A stretch of 64,000 nucleotides of DNA from contig OZ037769.1 in assembly GCA_964035545.1 (NCBI GenBank), positions 8,971,929-9,035,928 on the forward strand. Direction: 5' to 3'. The DNA comes from Bugula neritina. Taxonomy: Eukaryota; Animalia; Bryozoa. Both the position numbers and the translations under genes were made by a program. The notes beneath the pieces are model-generated. The model worked only from the letters and a program-made list of their open reading frames with translations. It did not search any database and had not been told where the DNA came from. This document shows, one piece after another, positions 48,830 to 63,500 of this stretch (positions are counted from its first letter, which is position 1; each line of letters opens with the position of its first letter).

Positions 48830-49650
48830 TTAGTGTAGTTCATATTGCTCATATTTAGCTAGAGTTTTTGTTTGCTTTGACTGTTGCAATTCAACTGCAG
48901 CCGGTTCAGCGGTTGTATTACTTTCTGTAGGAATTGATGCTATAACAATATCTGATTGAACTAGTTTCTCTTGAACAGGATGACTGGCTACTGGGTCATT
49001 GGTGCCTGTTGGTCTATTGATTGTAGCCATTGGCTGACTAGCTTCCACATCACTCAAAGGGTGCAACTCTACTCTGTATCTTTTTTGAGACTAAGAAGGA
49101 TTAGTCCGAGAGCTGCTCTACCACTCTTCCCTGCTACCATTTGTTTTTCTGTGACACAAAGTCTCTCAGAAGCACTGGCGAGCCAATAGTCAATTTTTTT
49201 AGATCTTCAGCTGATCTATTGTAGCTCTTCTGTGTAATTTTTCTTTGCTGTAGAACACTGTTTTCTGGAGTGACTGACACCTGTAGGAAGAATAGATCTT
49301 GTAGAATGCCACAACATCCTCCGAAATGGTGATGATATCATCTCTAAAGTTAGGGTATTTCTGTACTCTAGCAAAGCCAAATAGAAGTAATCTGCTTCTT
49401 TCATCAGCTTTTTGATTATCTCAAGACAGTGCCATTGCCATTAGACTGTTGATGTCCAAAAGATGAGGTTGTATGTCTAATACCCCATTTCGTGCTAAAT
49501 CGAGCACATTCAGCTGAGGTGACTTGTGGTCCACTCTCTGACTGAGGCTAGTGAGGAATCCCTGTATGAGTAGTACAACTTCAATTCTTCTGAAAATTGA
49601 CTCAGTTTTTGAGGCCATTCTGAAGTTATCAGATATTGCGGCTGTATCAT
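48830..49650 (-). mobile_element. Degraded Ty3/Gypsy LTR-retrotransposon pol (integrase) fragment
   Basis: Broken frames give EWPQK..LKLYYSYRD, GIPH..SESGPQVTSAECARFSTKWGIRHTTSS..QSNG and YLALLEYRNT..SP..TRSILP; no LTRs found. Confidence 0.8.
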
Positions 49651-49850
49651 GATATAATATGATATAATATAATATGATATAATATAATACAATATAATAT
49701 AATATAATATAATATAATATGATATAATATAATACAATATAATATAATATAATATAATATGGTATTATAGGATATAATGCAATATAATATGGTATAATAG
49801 GATATAATATGATATAATGTAATATGATATGATATAATATGATATAGTAC
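49648..49850. repeat. (ATAAT/ATGAT)n pentanucleotide microsatellite
   Basis: Direct inspection. Confidence 0.9.
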
Positions 49851-49967
49851 GATACATAGGCATATCACAGAAAGACGGCTACATCTACCCCTGGCTAGAC
49901 AGGTTTCTCTCATGCTCTCACTCTAAATTCAATAAGCTTGGTCAGGACAGCTATGGGAGCCTGTTCA

Positions 49968-50105
49968 GGTATGTCTGTATGTCTTTCTGTCTGTTTCTCT
50001 GTCAGTTTGTCTCTATGTGTATGTTTTTCTGTTTGTCTGCCTCTTTGTCTGTGTGTCTCTCTGCATTGTCTGGGTGTGTGTGTCTGTGTGTGTGTCTGTT
50101 TGTCC
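49968..50105. repeat. GT/CT-rich low-complexity tract
   Basis: Degenerate TCTG/TGTG repeats. Confidence 0.8.
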
Positions 50106-50744
50106 GCTAAATCGTGTTTTGAAAGTCTTATGGAAATAAGTTAAAAGTTTGAAGATACTGCAAGTTTGCAGGTTGCTTTTATAATGTAATTGCGTTGACG
50201 TTGACACGTGACCTTGGCACCACCCGGTGACCTTTATAGCCATTCATCTGCAGGTACAACACCGACACACAGTACTTGCTAGACTGGAATATAGACAGGT
50301 GTTTCAGGGGATCCATACAGGTGGTTGATGGCTGTTTCACTATTCTAGTTAGATTCTTCACCAGCAGGTAAGGAGGACTGGTCGCGGGTAATCTAGGAGA
50401 TTATAGTTCTGAGACTACATGCAGCGTGTTATATAGGTTATGGCATTAGAGTAGTGACTCCATTATACTCAGCTTGTCAATGATTTGTTCAACTAGTCTC
50501 CATTCAGGATTCTTACAACATGGCCTGTGATAAAAGGTAATAACTTGTCAGGAGTTGTCTTTCTTACAGGGAATACCCGTGTGACTCAGTAGCCATGTTG
50601 AACTTGGCTCTCCCCTACTGTGGATGTCCCAGAGTTCACACCAGAGAAATATATGTCCTCCCAGCTTCTCCTCACTCTGTGTATGAGGTTACTTCTCATA
50701 GACAACGAACTGTTCACCAGCACCTCTGCACAGGTAGCCTCATG

Positions 50745-51470
50745 CAGTATTTCATAGTGTAACTTCAGTACTCTGTAGTGTAGCCTCAGTACTCTATAGC
50801 CTCAGTACTCTGTAGTGTAGCCTCAGTACTCTGTAGCCTCAGTAATTGTGCCAGGAAGAAAATCCTGGCTGTTTGCCAAAATTTGAAGGAAAGATATGTT
50901 AGCTTTTTGCAGCTTGTTTAGCTATTTGTTAGCTTTTTGTTATGTTATTTTTGAATGTATTATAAGTGTTAGTAGTTCACTTGCCAGGAAGACGCTATAA
51001 AGAGCTGATGTTTGTAAGTAGAATTATAATCTTGAAGTTTTATGCTTTTGTTGAAGTTATAAATTGAAGGTTACTTATGTATGTATTTTTGTGCAGGATG
51101 TAGCTATTTTTTGATATTCTGATAGAGTACAAGACAAAGAGTGAAAAATAAATTCGAAGATTAAGAAATCTTTGCTCCATGCTTGTTGCTAGCCAACTCG
51201 ATAAGTCATTTCTGGCACAGTACTCTATAGCCTCAGTACTCTGTAGTGTAGCCTTAGTATTCCGTAGTGTAGCCACAGTACTCTGTAGTGTAGCCACAGT
51301 ACTCTGTAGTGTAACCTCAGTACTCTGTAGTGTAGCCTTAGTATTCCGTAGTGTAGCCACAGTACTCTGTAGTGTAACCTCAGTACTCTGTAGTGTAGCC
51401 TTAGTACTCTGTAGTGTAGCCTCAGTACTCTGTAATGTAGCTTTAGTACTCTGTAGTGTAGCCTTAATAT
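50745..51470. repeat. 21-bp minisatellite split into two blocks by a 376-bp insertion
   Basis: Unit GTAGTGTAGCCTCAGTACTCT at 50745-50844 and 51221-51470; insert 50845-51220 has short inverted ends (TGTGCCAG...CTGGCACA) flanked by TA on both sides. Confidence 0.8.
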
Positions 51471-52144
51471 CATTAGTGTAACCTTCGTATCCTAAAGTGT
51501 GTGACATGTAATATAGGGTGAAGGTGTGCGCGTCCCTTACTATACACTCTCTACTCTCCAGTTACAGCAACAGATCCGACAGAACCGGTCCCCAAAAGAT
51601 GTCCTCGTTACTGCCCATTCCCGGACTCAGCTCTACCTCTCTGAACACCTCTCTACCGTCAACCCTGAACTCACCATACAAATCTTCTCTGGTAGGTTCT
51701 AACTCTATACAGTACATATATTATTATTGTATTGTATCACATATGCACCAACAAACTGATTATTTTTTATAGTCCTTTGGTTGTTTCAACTTATTAAAAC
51801 TTGCGAAGGTTTTGTATCTGAGTGAAATAGGAAGTGGTGTAATACCAGAATCAAACTAACTGTGTGTCAGCGTATAGATACTGCCGTCTTCTCTATTTGT
51901 CACAACGTGCTGTCGTACCTGTCTCCGTGGCTACTCAACGTCCAACTTGTCAACTCGCAGATCTCCGACAGCTCCTTCCTTCCTCCCACCTCTGGCAGCG
52001 ACATTCTACCTTTTACAGACAAAAGTTCCGGCACTCAAATGTCAAGTTCAATGCTGACAGGAAGAGGGTGGGGCTCTCTGCAGTCCAACAAGATAGTGCT
52101 GACTAATCTGATGTATGTCTCTGTTAGAGTGAGGGCTGCCAGTG

Positions 52145-52410
52145 AGTGCTGTCATATATGTATAGTACTAGAAAGCATATTAGCTGATACATCGTATAGG
52201 TATAGCAATATGAAGTGTATTAGCTGATACATCATATATGTATAGTGATATAAAGCATATTAGCTGATATATCATAAAGGTATGGTAATATAAAGCATAT
52301 TAGCTGATATATCATAAATGTATAGCAATATAAAGTGTATTAGCTGGCATATCATATATGTTTAGTAATATAAAGCAACTTAACTGACATATTATATACA
52401 TGTATAGAAA
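52145..52410. repeat. 40-bp minisatellite abutting an exon acceptor
   Basis: TAGCTGATAYATCATA... recurs at 52181, 52221, 52261, 52301, 52341 and 52381. Confidence 0.9.
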
Positions 52411-54248
52411 TATACCTAAAATATATCAGTTAACTTATTATAATGCAATGTCAGTTATATTTTGTCTGCAAATAATGGCCAGACTGTTAGAAAACTAATG
52501 TCTCCAGTTAAAGTTAGTTACAGAGGTCATTGATAGAGTCGTATTTCAGTGTTTTATCAGCGCATGTAGAGAACAATAGAAAGTGTATTCTTTCTCCTCT
52601 GGTATTTGGTTTAGCTTTAACAGTCCTGGAAAAATTAAAAAGTAGAATTACAATACGAGTATGAATATAGCACCAATTATTATATTGTGTATAAAAAAAT
52701 AATGTTACCAGCTAAAGTTTAGATGTTTCTAGAAAGTTCTCGAAGTGTTGTGTGCAGTTTAACATCTGAGAGCTGATTGGGTTTTGATTAAAAGGTAACT
52801 GACGATTTTCACTTTTACTATAACTTTTTTTAAAGGAGGCAGTAACACGATGTTGTTTTGGCGTAATTATAAATTTGGTATTAGTTACTCATATTTCGGT
52901 CCCACCACAATTTTCATAATTTTCTGAGTAAAGCTACGTAATGCTAGAAACACTACTCACGGCTGTCTGAATGTCTGAAACTCAACCGCTGAGTATTCTG
53001 TCTCGTGAACAACCAGTCTCTCTCTCAGTTTGTCTCTTAGTTTATCAGGAACTTCCTTAGTGACTACAGAGAAGGTCTTGTCAGTTGGCCAATAGACTGT
53101 CAGCTCATTATTCTTACACATATACCAAAGTTGTATCTCAGAAGACATGTTGCAGTCTAAACAAAATGTAAAATCATAAAAGTTCAGTTTTTGGTGTTGA
53201 TTGCATAATTTGAAATAAAAGGTTTGAGTTCTATAGACCTACCATTAGCACAAACAAGTTGAAGTTTTCTGCTTGGGCGACGCAAAGCCGGTGTCAACAG
53301 AATTCTGTTGAATGCGTTTCCCACAAGACGACAAGAAACATCATATCTACTCACAAACATCAGTCTTCTTACTATTGGCGACTCTGTATATAAACATAAA
53401 CAAAGTATACAACATAGAATATACAATATAGAATAGTTGTCTATAGTGCAAATAGATAGCCTTTTACTATGCTGTGAATAATTCTGGGTCATAGCTCTGA
53501 TGTCACATCCTAATTTCTGCTGTTCACGCTATGAATGATGAACGCATATCGCTCTGTAGCAATTTTTTAAATAATAATAATTACACGTCATTACCCCTAA
53601 CTGCAGTACCATAACACCCTCTATTTTAGAAAACATCTAAAACTGTTGCCTTTAGGCTGTCCTCTTCTCAGATATGTTTGTTTGATTTAGCTGTGAACAA
53701 GCAACTTAATATGAAAGTTAAGAAAAAGAATTTTTACTGAAGTCTATTAAAAGTATATGACTCACTCAAAACATTGATATTGTAGACAGAACACTGTTTG
53801 AGAAACTTGTGACTTCCTTCAGAAAGATATGCTGCATAGGAACACCCTGGTAGGGTTTATGTAGTTGTGTTATGTCCTGGATCCAAGTATACAGTCGTGT
53901 GATGTGACCAACAAACATCTGAAATCATTTGTGAAATGAAACATAAATATTTACTCATAAATTAGTCATTGAATAAACTCACTTAGATCAGTTACAGCAG
54001 AATAGCATATAAAACCATTTATAATGTAGTAGTGATGTTGCAGGTGATGCAATATGCAGACATATAAATGAAGCTCTGTTAGATTCAAAATTAATTAGTA
54101 TAGTATTTGATCTAGCTGATATCACCTAAAAATATTGACATATTAAGTTATAAAATCCCAATTAAATCCAGGATTGCATATTATCTTTGTCAGTAAATTG
54201 TCTGCCAAACGTTGGAGTTGTCTCCAACTTCTCTGGTTGTCAGCAATG

Positions 54249-57024
54249 TCAGCACAATATTCTCAGTAAAAAGATATACTTACCAGTCACCTTGTAGATA
54301 CCATCTGCGGCTCCAACATACACAGCCTCTCCTACTTTCAGTACAGACCTTGACCAGGCTGGTAATTGGGAGCTGTTTGTACAGGATGTCTCTCCATCAA
54401 AACACACAGGACCTACTTCTTTACTATTAAAGTCTAATAGTCTGAATACATTATTAGACGCATCAGCAACAAGATACGTGTTGTTCCCAACTCTTGTTAT
54501 TCCTGAAGGATAATTAAACCTGGATGTATTGAAACTTCCATCAACATAACCACCAAATGTTGAACCTGTTACCTTAATGTTCTCAACAGATTCATTCTTA
54601 TCCCAACTGACTTGAGATATATAATGTTGATTGCTTACTAGTAACTTGTTGTCAGCCCAAGCTATATATGTAGGGTAATTGAAACCTGAGTTAATAACAG
54701 TACTCATTTCTCCCGTCTGAAGGTCTACAGATCTCAGTGCATGGTTATATTGATCAGTAACTAACAATTTGTTTGGATTTCGAGCATCTATCAGAATACT
54801 ATGAGGGTAGTTTAGTCTACCAGTACCTACTCCACCCTCAACATACCCTGGCATATCACAGGTCACTGCTAAGGTAAACATGCTGCCATCTACTCTGTTT
54901 AACATCTTAATACAATGATGGGAATAAGCTGCTACAGCTACATTAGTTTCGTTTATTTGTTTGAACCCTTTAAAGGCACTATATAGAGTAGTTGCCAGAG
55001 TTGTAGTAGTTTTCCCATCTGTAGTTTGAAGGTTTTCCCAGCTACTAAACATAATACTCCCATCATCTCTGTACAGGTCTAGCTCCATATAGAATACGGC
55101 ATTATCAGTGTTATGAAAAAGTTCCGATTTGTTGAGTGAAGCACTAAAAAATTGACCAAAACTGTTTTAAAAACTAATAAATATTCAATCATTTGATTAG
55201 AACTGAGAGAATAGTATAATCAAACTAAATTCCTGCAGGAAATTTAGTTTTTACTTGTATGGCTTTGTTGTCATTTGTATACATATTTTACTATTTTCCA
55301 GCAGCACTGCTGCGACACATGTCACTATATTAAATTTAGTGAAATAAAAATTGTCACATCAACCCAAAATACTGTATTTTGATACCTGAGTAATTCTACC
55401 TGGTAGAACAGTTTATATTTTTATGAATTTGTAATCCACATCTGAATTTAGTTTTCAAACCTCTAATCAACAATGCTAGTAGTAATATACATTTTATACA
55501 GAATTATAGAGTATTTTTTCTCTACTGTTATTATTGCATGTTCATGTAATAATATATCTTTACTCAATCTACATAATATTCAACATTTACTGACTATATA
55601 ACACAAATACTGTAATAGATGAATAATTGCATTATACAGTACACATTCTTACTGTATAATAAAAGTTACCTTGGATAAGGACCAGACGTACTTTCTACCA
55701 GCTGGATGATTAGTATCAGAAATAAACTCTGAAACATAAAATATACACATTATTATACTGTGCAGTTAGATTCAATGCGATTTTAAAGTAAATACTTTTT
55801 AATATATAATTGATTATGTTGACTATTAGTGTGAGTGATTAGATTATCTAGTAGAAGTATAATTCTAGTATTTCTTGCTGGAAACTGCTTGCTCAATTAA
55901 ATAGTTGTCATTCATAAAACTAGTATTTAATTAAAATGCTTAAAAGTGACTTTTTATATTGTCTGTTTCATTTAGGATAAAAAGCTAATATGTTTGCATT
56001 TCTATAAAATTTGAATTTACAAAAATTCATGCTGAATCCAAAAATAAGCTCAAAAGTTATGTTGGCAGTCAGCAGCCATTAAAGTTATACGCCACTGCAC
56101 AATAACTAAATGCTAAATATGAACATTTTGCTAGAGAAATATAAATATGCATACTAATATTCTACATTTAAACACAACGTTCCGTATATTAGTTTGTTTT
56201 ATCCAGCCTAGTTTAGCATAAAATTTGGTATGTTGCAATGTGTTGTGACCGTTAAATAGTGGCATCACATTAGAAACAACAACCTACAGTAACTTACAGG
56301 TTTAGATAGATATCAAGCAGCATGAGATTATTATGCTGAACTTGGTTAAATGATGATACATACAATAATATGTTAGATGCTGCCTTAAGTTTAATTGCAG
56401 CTGCCAGTACATATATGCTGCATACCTTACCCAGTTTCCCTATAATACATTATTATTGACACTAAATTATCAATATTATTATTATAAATATATCATATAT
56501 TTTATGTTTTCATAGTTAATAACCCAGTTGAAAACTTGTAACACACCTGGTTTTTTCAAGAACTGTTAAAGTTGTCTTTCAAAATTAGTGCAGTGCAAGA
56601 ACATTCTATTTACACTATAATGTTCTTGGATGCAGTAAAATATTGCTGAGTAAGTTACAGAAAAAAATTAACCTTCGCTTTACAGTAACACTTAGACAAC
56701 ATTCTGGCAAAAATAATCTAAGTTGGAAAATCTAATCTGATGGAAGAAAACCATTATTAATTTTAAAAAAGAGGGAGACTGTAAGTGTGCAAAAACGTTC
56801 TTTATAAAATTTGTTATAAAGAAACACAATTTATCAAAATGATGTTTAGAATACAGGCAGATGACACTTAAGACAATAAAGATTACTGTGAGTTTATCTA
56901 AGGTAGAACAACAATTAGTAATGTATAGCTTTCTATCTCTATATTATATATTAATATAATGTGGATAATAAGTTATGTTATGTATTCAGATACTCACAAT
57001 AAAGCATAAATACTGTCCCATCAT
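54249..57024 (-). CDS. Secreted NHL-repeat (beta-propeller) protein
   Basis: Exons 57024-56998, 55728-55670 and 55143-54284 splice in frame: signal peptide MMGQYLCFISLFLILIIQLVES; NHL repeats LNYPHSI..LLVTDQYNHALR, FNYPTYI, GYVDG..RFNYPSGI..LVADASNNVFR. The true C-terminus is uncertain. Confidence 0.8.
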
Positions 57025-57230
57025 CTCCTTCAGTTATTTCTGTTGATTCCACTCAATGTCAAAATAAGGAGGATATGTTTCTCTATATACTTTCAATATA
57101 TGATAAGTTTGAGCTAGAAACCAGTTGGGTCCCAAATTACTAAAATCAAGGCATTATAAATGTGACAAAGACAAACAAAACAGATGTATCAAAGGTAGGT
57201 AATATGACCCCAATATCTAATTACGATTTA

Positions 57231-57574
57231 GCCTAGGGCCACACGGTGCGTATTTTTGCATGCGAAAATTGAAATCACAAGTAGCAAAGGTGTCCACTGT
57301 GCGCGTTGAGAAAACATTCGCACTTGTCGCTCTGGATTTTCAACGCAAGTGCGAATCGTCTCTGTCGTCGTCACCTAATTGGCTGGTAGTTATTCAGCGA
57401 GCCCAATTTCTTTGTTTTAGAGCTACATTCCAGTAAATTGCGTTTTATTGAAAGCGAGTGCGATTTAAAAATGAATGCTTTATTTATCACGCATCACTGA
57501 CGCTACAGTGGACACCTTTGCTACTTGTGATTTCAATTTTCGCATGCGAAAATACGCACCGTGTGGCCCTAGGC
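57231..57574. mobile_element. 344-bp MITE copy 2
   Basis: Same 70-bp TIRs and length as 11637-11980 with the interior inverted; TSD TTA at 57228-57230 and 57575-57577. Confidence 0.9.
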
Positions 57575-57876
57575 TTAGTTGAATGTCTGTTGGCTGTCTG
57601 CAGCATGTCAAGTATTCCTGGTTTGGTAATGATGTGACATCTGGAAGTAAATATTTAAATGGGCACAAATTTATTTATTGATTTTATTTATTTTACTAGT
57701 TGGTTACAGGTTAGCTAAATTTAGATGCTGTTACTATTTTAGGTAAAAATAAGAACTAAGCTACAACCTCTGATGCCAAGTATATGTTATGTAGAAAGTG
57801 AGAAAGGAATTTGTGTTGTGATTGAATTACATACACTGATAGAAGACAGACTCTCTGTCAGATTTCTGGATATAAA

Positions 57877-58832
57877 AGTAATCACCATACAGTGTAATGT
57901 AATCAGGGGAGATAATGTGAAAGAGTAATCACTACACAGTGTAATGTAATCAGGGAGATAATGTGAAAGAGTAATCACTATACAGTGTAATGTAATCAGG
58001 GGAGATAATGTGAAAGAGTAATCACTATACAGTGTAATGTAATCAGGGAGATAATGTGAAAGAGTAATCACTATATACAGTGTAATGTAATCAGGGAGAT
58101 AATGTGAAAGAGTAATCACTATACGGTGTAATGTAATCAGGGAGATAATGTGAAAGAGTAATCACTATACGGTGTAATGTAATCAGGGAGATAATGTGAA
58201 AGAGTAATCACTATACGGTGTAATGTAATCAGGGGAGATAATGTGAAAGAATAGTCACTATACAGTGTAATGTAATCAGGGAGATAATGTGAAAGAGTAA
58301 TCACTATATACAGTGTAATGTAATCAGGGGAGATAATGTGAAAGATTAACCACTATACAGTGTAATGTAATCAGGGAGATAATGTGAAAGAATAACCACT
58401 ATACAGTGTAATGTAATCAGGGAGATAATGTGAAAGAGTAATCACTATACAGTGTAATGTAATCAGGGGAGATAATGTGAAAAACTAATCAACATATATA
58501 GTATAATGTAATCAGGGAGATAATGTGAAAGAGTAGGCACTATACAATGTAATATAATCAGGGGAGATAATGTGAAAGAGTAGTCACTATACAGTGTAAT
58601 GTAATCAGGGGAGATAATGTGAAAGAATAGTCACTATACAGTGTAATGTAATCAGGGGAGATAATGTGAAAGAGTAATCACTATACAGTGTAATGTAATC
58701 AGGGGAGATAATGTGAAAGAGTAATCACTATACAGTGTAATGTAATCAGGGAGATAATGTGAAAGAGTAATCACTATACAGTGTAATGTAATCAGGGAGA
58801 TAATGTGAAAGAGTAATCACTATACAGTGTAA
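57877..58832. repeat. 46-48-bp minisatellite, about 20 copies
   Basis: Unit AGTAATCACTATACAGTGTAATGTAATCAGGGAGATAATGTGAAAG. Confidence 0.97.
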
Positions 58833-61774
58833 GAGTTTCAACCTTACTAAAAGTATGTTATTCTTTCCATTTTCTCCTACTTTGTATCCAAAGTTATGCA
58901 ATCTTACAAGGATGTTTCTACAGTTTATACAGTTTGTAATTTTGATAACAATATATGCTGAATACTATTCACAGGAATGACTGCTTCGAAACTTAATTTA
59001 ATCAAAGAACTTGGATTATCACTGTGTATATATACTGTTTCAATTATTAAGGTGAAGGTGTCAAATATTTATTCAATCATGAACAGGTGTAAATAATTTG
59101 ATTCAATTTAAATCTAAAACATTTCGATAATTATCAGAATGTGTCACAGCTGAGACTTGTTAGAAGAACACGCTACAATATTTTAATAGAAATATACTGT
59201 GTATAACAACTACAATAATATGTTATTCAAAGTTCTTTAGCTATTTGTTAAGTTATATAGTCTCTTATGTATATAATATGGCTATGTGTGTGCAATATGT
59301 TGTATAATGGAATTTAATGTGGTAAGAAAGTTTCTGATCAAAAGATAACATAAATATTGTCTACTGTATCTGAAATATCTGCAGTAAACCAGTTCAAACA
59401 GGATTCATGTCATGTGACAGACATAGCCTGTGCTCTATCGTCTTATCAAAGAAAATTATTCAGTCCGTAGGCTTCATTTTTATGTTTTTCTCAGACTCTT
59501 TATTGGTTTTGATGATAGAAACCAATAGTATATTGTGCTGCAAGTTCTAATAAAATAGAAAATGCAAACCTTCAAATTTTGTTTTTGTATTACTCAAAAA
59601 CAATCGGTAATTTGAGTTCGTCATATTGTTTAAATTTCTGTCATACAGAATAACATTGTTGTGTTATGTATTATGTAAGCCATTAACTGTTAAAGCAAGG
59701 CTAAGTCTCTTTCTAATGTCTTCAGCACCAACACCTAAGCCTAATTTTCTACCAAGTTTCTCAACTCTCCAAAGATAATCTCTTTCATCTTTATCACAAA
59801 CTTGTAACACAGTTACAAACCTCAGATGTTTTAAAATAGAAGTTATCAGCTGGATATCATGATGACCTCTAACTACGTCTAATATGCTTGCTCATAACCT
59901 GCATTATAATTGTTTCTTAAATCAAAACCAGGTAATTGTGGTGCAGCCCTACCATCACAGCCAATTGCACTCAAAAAAGCTAATATAGCTTAGTTATACC
60001 TTTGAATTTGTCTACTATCTGACACACCATCTGTACTTTTTTTACCTAAATTCAATGAAGTAAATTTCACTGTAATCTCAATTTGAGCTAACCAAGCATT
60101 CCAAGATTCTGTTATATCACTATTAGATACTGTTTATTTGGAGCTTTAGAAAAAAATTAAATCCATTATTTGTATTCAAAGTACTAGGATTATTACCACT
60201 TGAATATCTTTTAAACTGAATGACTTGTATGGCACAATAAGCAACTACTATATAATTTATTATCAAATATTGCAGATGATACTACCTTAGCAGTTACTTT
60301 TGTAATACACCTCTCTGCTACTCTACTATTGATCACAAACACTGTAAATCACTAACAGTAACACTCTCAATGACACTTCAACTCACTTTCCAGCCAAAAT
60401 TGATTCATTAACACAAACACTGAATCGCAAACACTGCTCTGTCCACAATGTCCAGCACTAACACAGCAAATATCTACAATTATCACTGTCACAGGTAATA
60501 ACTGTGAATTACCAACACTACTGCTGTCACAGTCAAAAACCATGAATCACTATATAATCACTATCACTGCCACTACCTGTGAATCATGAGCGCTTCGCTA
60601 GCTGCACTGCACTACACTAAACTGTACTTTATACTAAACTGCACTACACTGCACTTGTACGTATTACACTGCCTCAGTGGCAAGTGTATTAGCACTCAAA
60701 ATACTTCTCTAAATACTAGCAATTGTAAAACCACTTCTAGCGAATAATAAATTAAAAATGCTTATCTATGTTTTATAGATGTGTAATAGATATAAAGGAT
60801 AGAAAGAATTGTGTTATGTATTATGTATAAGTTACTCACCAACTAGTGAAGTTCTAAGTGGTCATTAGCTTATGGTTATCTACATTCTAGGCTGGTTATA
60901 GCCATAAAACTTAATAGATATATGGATATATATATGCAGTGTATCTACTACCCTATACAACTATATTAGCCGTGGAGAACTTCCGGTCAATAAGTGGTAA
61001 TGGTCCTCTTATTGGATAATATTAAAATGATAGCCAACCCACCCAGAGGCAATATCACAACAAGTAAATGATTGGCTGTAGTTAACAATCCAACTGAATT
61101 TGATTGGTCAGATAACAATCATAACAACTAAAACAAGTGGTGGATACAGTTAGGGGTGATACTATTAATGCTGCTTCTAGAAGCAATTCGTGTTCTAAAA
61201 CAATTTTTTTCATCTAAAATATCAAGAGCTGTGAATAACAATAGTTGAATATTTTGTTTTTGATAGAAAAATCCTAACAAATGCCATTCTGACAGTTTGA
61301 TTTAAATCCTCTCCTTTCAGAATTTGGTCTAAGGAAGAGCTTTTACCATTGTAGCTATTACACAAGAATTTAGTTTTATAAATAAACTAAAAAAAAATTG
61401 TCTTCTCACTATATAAAAATATTATAAATCTATCATCTTCAATATTCATATAGTGTAGTTGTCTTCTCACACTACATAAGCTGTTATATAATATGTATTA
61501 CTTACATGATTCAAACACTGTTGCAAAGCATTATTATTTTAGCACTTTGATTTGTTCATAAACTATTATGAAATCACAAGCTATTGCATAAATAATATAG
61601 TAGATGCAGTTGTGAGAAAATATTAAAAATGTAGAGAAATAATTTGCAAAATATCAATATAAATGTTAACTAACCCAGCTTAACAATTTTTCCAGCCCGG
61701 GACTTTGCCTATTAATTGCTGCTTCAGATTGAATTTGTGCTGATAATACAACGTGTCCGCTTGTAGGAAAAAAT

Positions 61775-61844
61775 TGAAATAGACCTGCAAGGTTCTTATT
61801 GGGTTTGTATACAAACCCAATAAGAATCTTGCAGGTCTATTTCA
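61775..61844. repeat. 70-bp loopless palindrome
   Basis: 35-bp arms with one mismatch, centred between 61809 and 61810. Confidence 0.9.
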
Positions 61845-61949
61845 GATTTTTTTGATAAAAATAAAATTGTCCGATAAGCTGTCAAAAGTGTGCTATACTT
61901 TTGACAGCTTATCTATATGTGTATATATACACATATTATTGATGCATGC

Positions 61950-61962
61950 ATATTATACATAC

Positions 61963-62031
<69 letters not shown>

Positions 62032-62061
62032 AATCTGTGGACAGCAGATTATATATATGTA

Positions 62062-62149
<88 letters not shown>

Positions 62150-62196
62150 CATATATATATACATATATATACATATATATATACATATATATATAC

Positions 62197-62270
<74 letters not shown>
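61950..62270. repeat. (TA)n arrays interrupted by a 20-bp copy of the hammerhead element end
   Basis: TCTCAATCTGTGGACAGCAG at about 62028-62048 duplicates 62271-62290. Confidence 0.9.
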
Positions 62271-62274
<4 letters not shown>

Positions 62275-62276
62275 AA

Positions 62277-62323
62277 TCTGTGGACAGCAGCTGTTTCGGG
62301 GTTTGTCCCCTCATCAGCACAGA
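62277..62323 (-). ncRNA. Minimal type I hammerhead ribozyme (Penelope-like element/retrozyme type)
   Basis: Minus strand: tctgtg CTGATGA gggg-acaaa-cccc GAAA cagc-t-gctg TC cacaga. Complete catalytic core, stem I 6 bp, stem II 4 bp, near-palindromic stem III, GUC cleavage triplet at 62285-62283. Confidence 0.85.
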
Positions 62324-62419
62324 ACAGAGTACCATGGCCCACACCTTCGCAATAGTAGAAACTTATAGTTTTACTAAAGCATATTTAAAAGGTGTGTAAA
62401 CCCAAGCCAGAGTGCTCAA

Positions 62420-62910
<491 letters not shown>

Positions 62911-63279
62911 GTACATTGCATGTATTTACTCTTTTATTACTTCATTATATGCTTTTGTAGTTTCTCTTCCCAATTGAAAGGGGATTGTTATGTTACTTAA
63001 AGCGTTCAGTTGTAGCACGCAATATAATTTTCCTGAAATGTTGGACATATGTGAAAAAGAAATATTGCGCAACTGGTTTTTTATTACTCATTATCTTGTT
63101 TCAAAAAAGTCAATTTAAAGGTAATAAGTTGAAATCAAGGCAAAAATATGACTGATAAAATATCAACAGTTCCGGAAGATGAAAATTTTCACAGCAGCAA
63201 ATTTTTAAATGCATGAATATTATATCTTGATATTGAGGTTGGCATCAAACTAAAATTTAAACATTATCACCCTGCTATA

Positions 63280-63500
63280 CTGATGCTTTTATTTGCTTTG
63301 GTTATGCTTTATAAAATGTTATTTGGAGTTATGCTCTACAATGTGCTATTTGGAGTTATGAACTATAATGTGCTATTTGGAGTTATGCTCTATTATTTGC
63401 TATTCGGAGTTATGCTCTACATGCCATTTGAGGTTATGCCTTATAGGCTATTCAGAGCTATGCTCTATATATAGCCATTTGGAGTTATGATTTATATATT
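63280..63500. repeat. Degenerate 27-bp tandem repeat
   Basis: TTTGGAGTTATGCTCTA...GCTAT with period 27 (GGAGTT at 63325, 63352, 63379). Confidence 0.85.

Larger units (their letters stand above)
50200..53918 (-). pseudogene. Decayed 3' exons of the NHL-repeat gene
   Basis: Phase-compatible exons 53918-53766 (in-frame TAA), 53383-53243, 53156-52961 and 52625-52522, then Cys-rich and other GC-richer exon-like blocks (52148-51860, 51689-51541, 50725-50200) with several stops. Confidence 0.55.

Noticed and set aside
51040-51507. 155-aa ORF with ATLQSTE heptads resembling a coiled coil
   Set aside because: A 21-bp minisatellite open in several frames on both strands and interrupted by an insertion; no splice or promoter support.
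57877-58832. Possible CRISPR-like array
   Set aside because: Head-to-tail units with no unique spacers and no cas genes, in a eukaryotic context; the same applies to 9061-9500.
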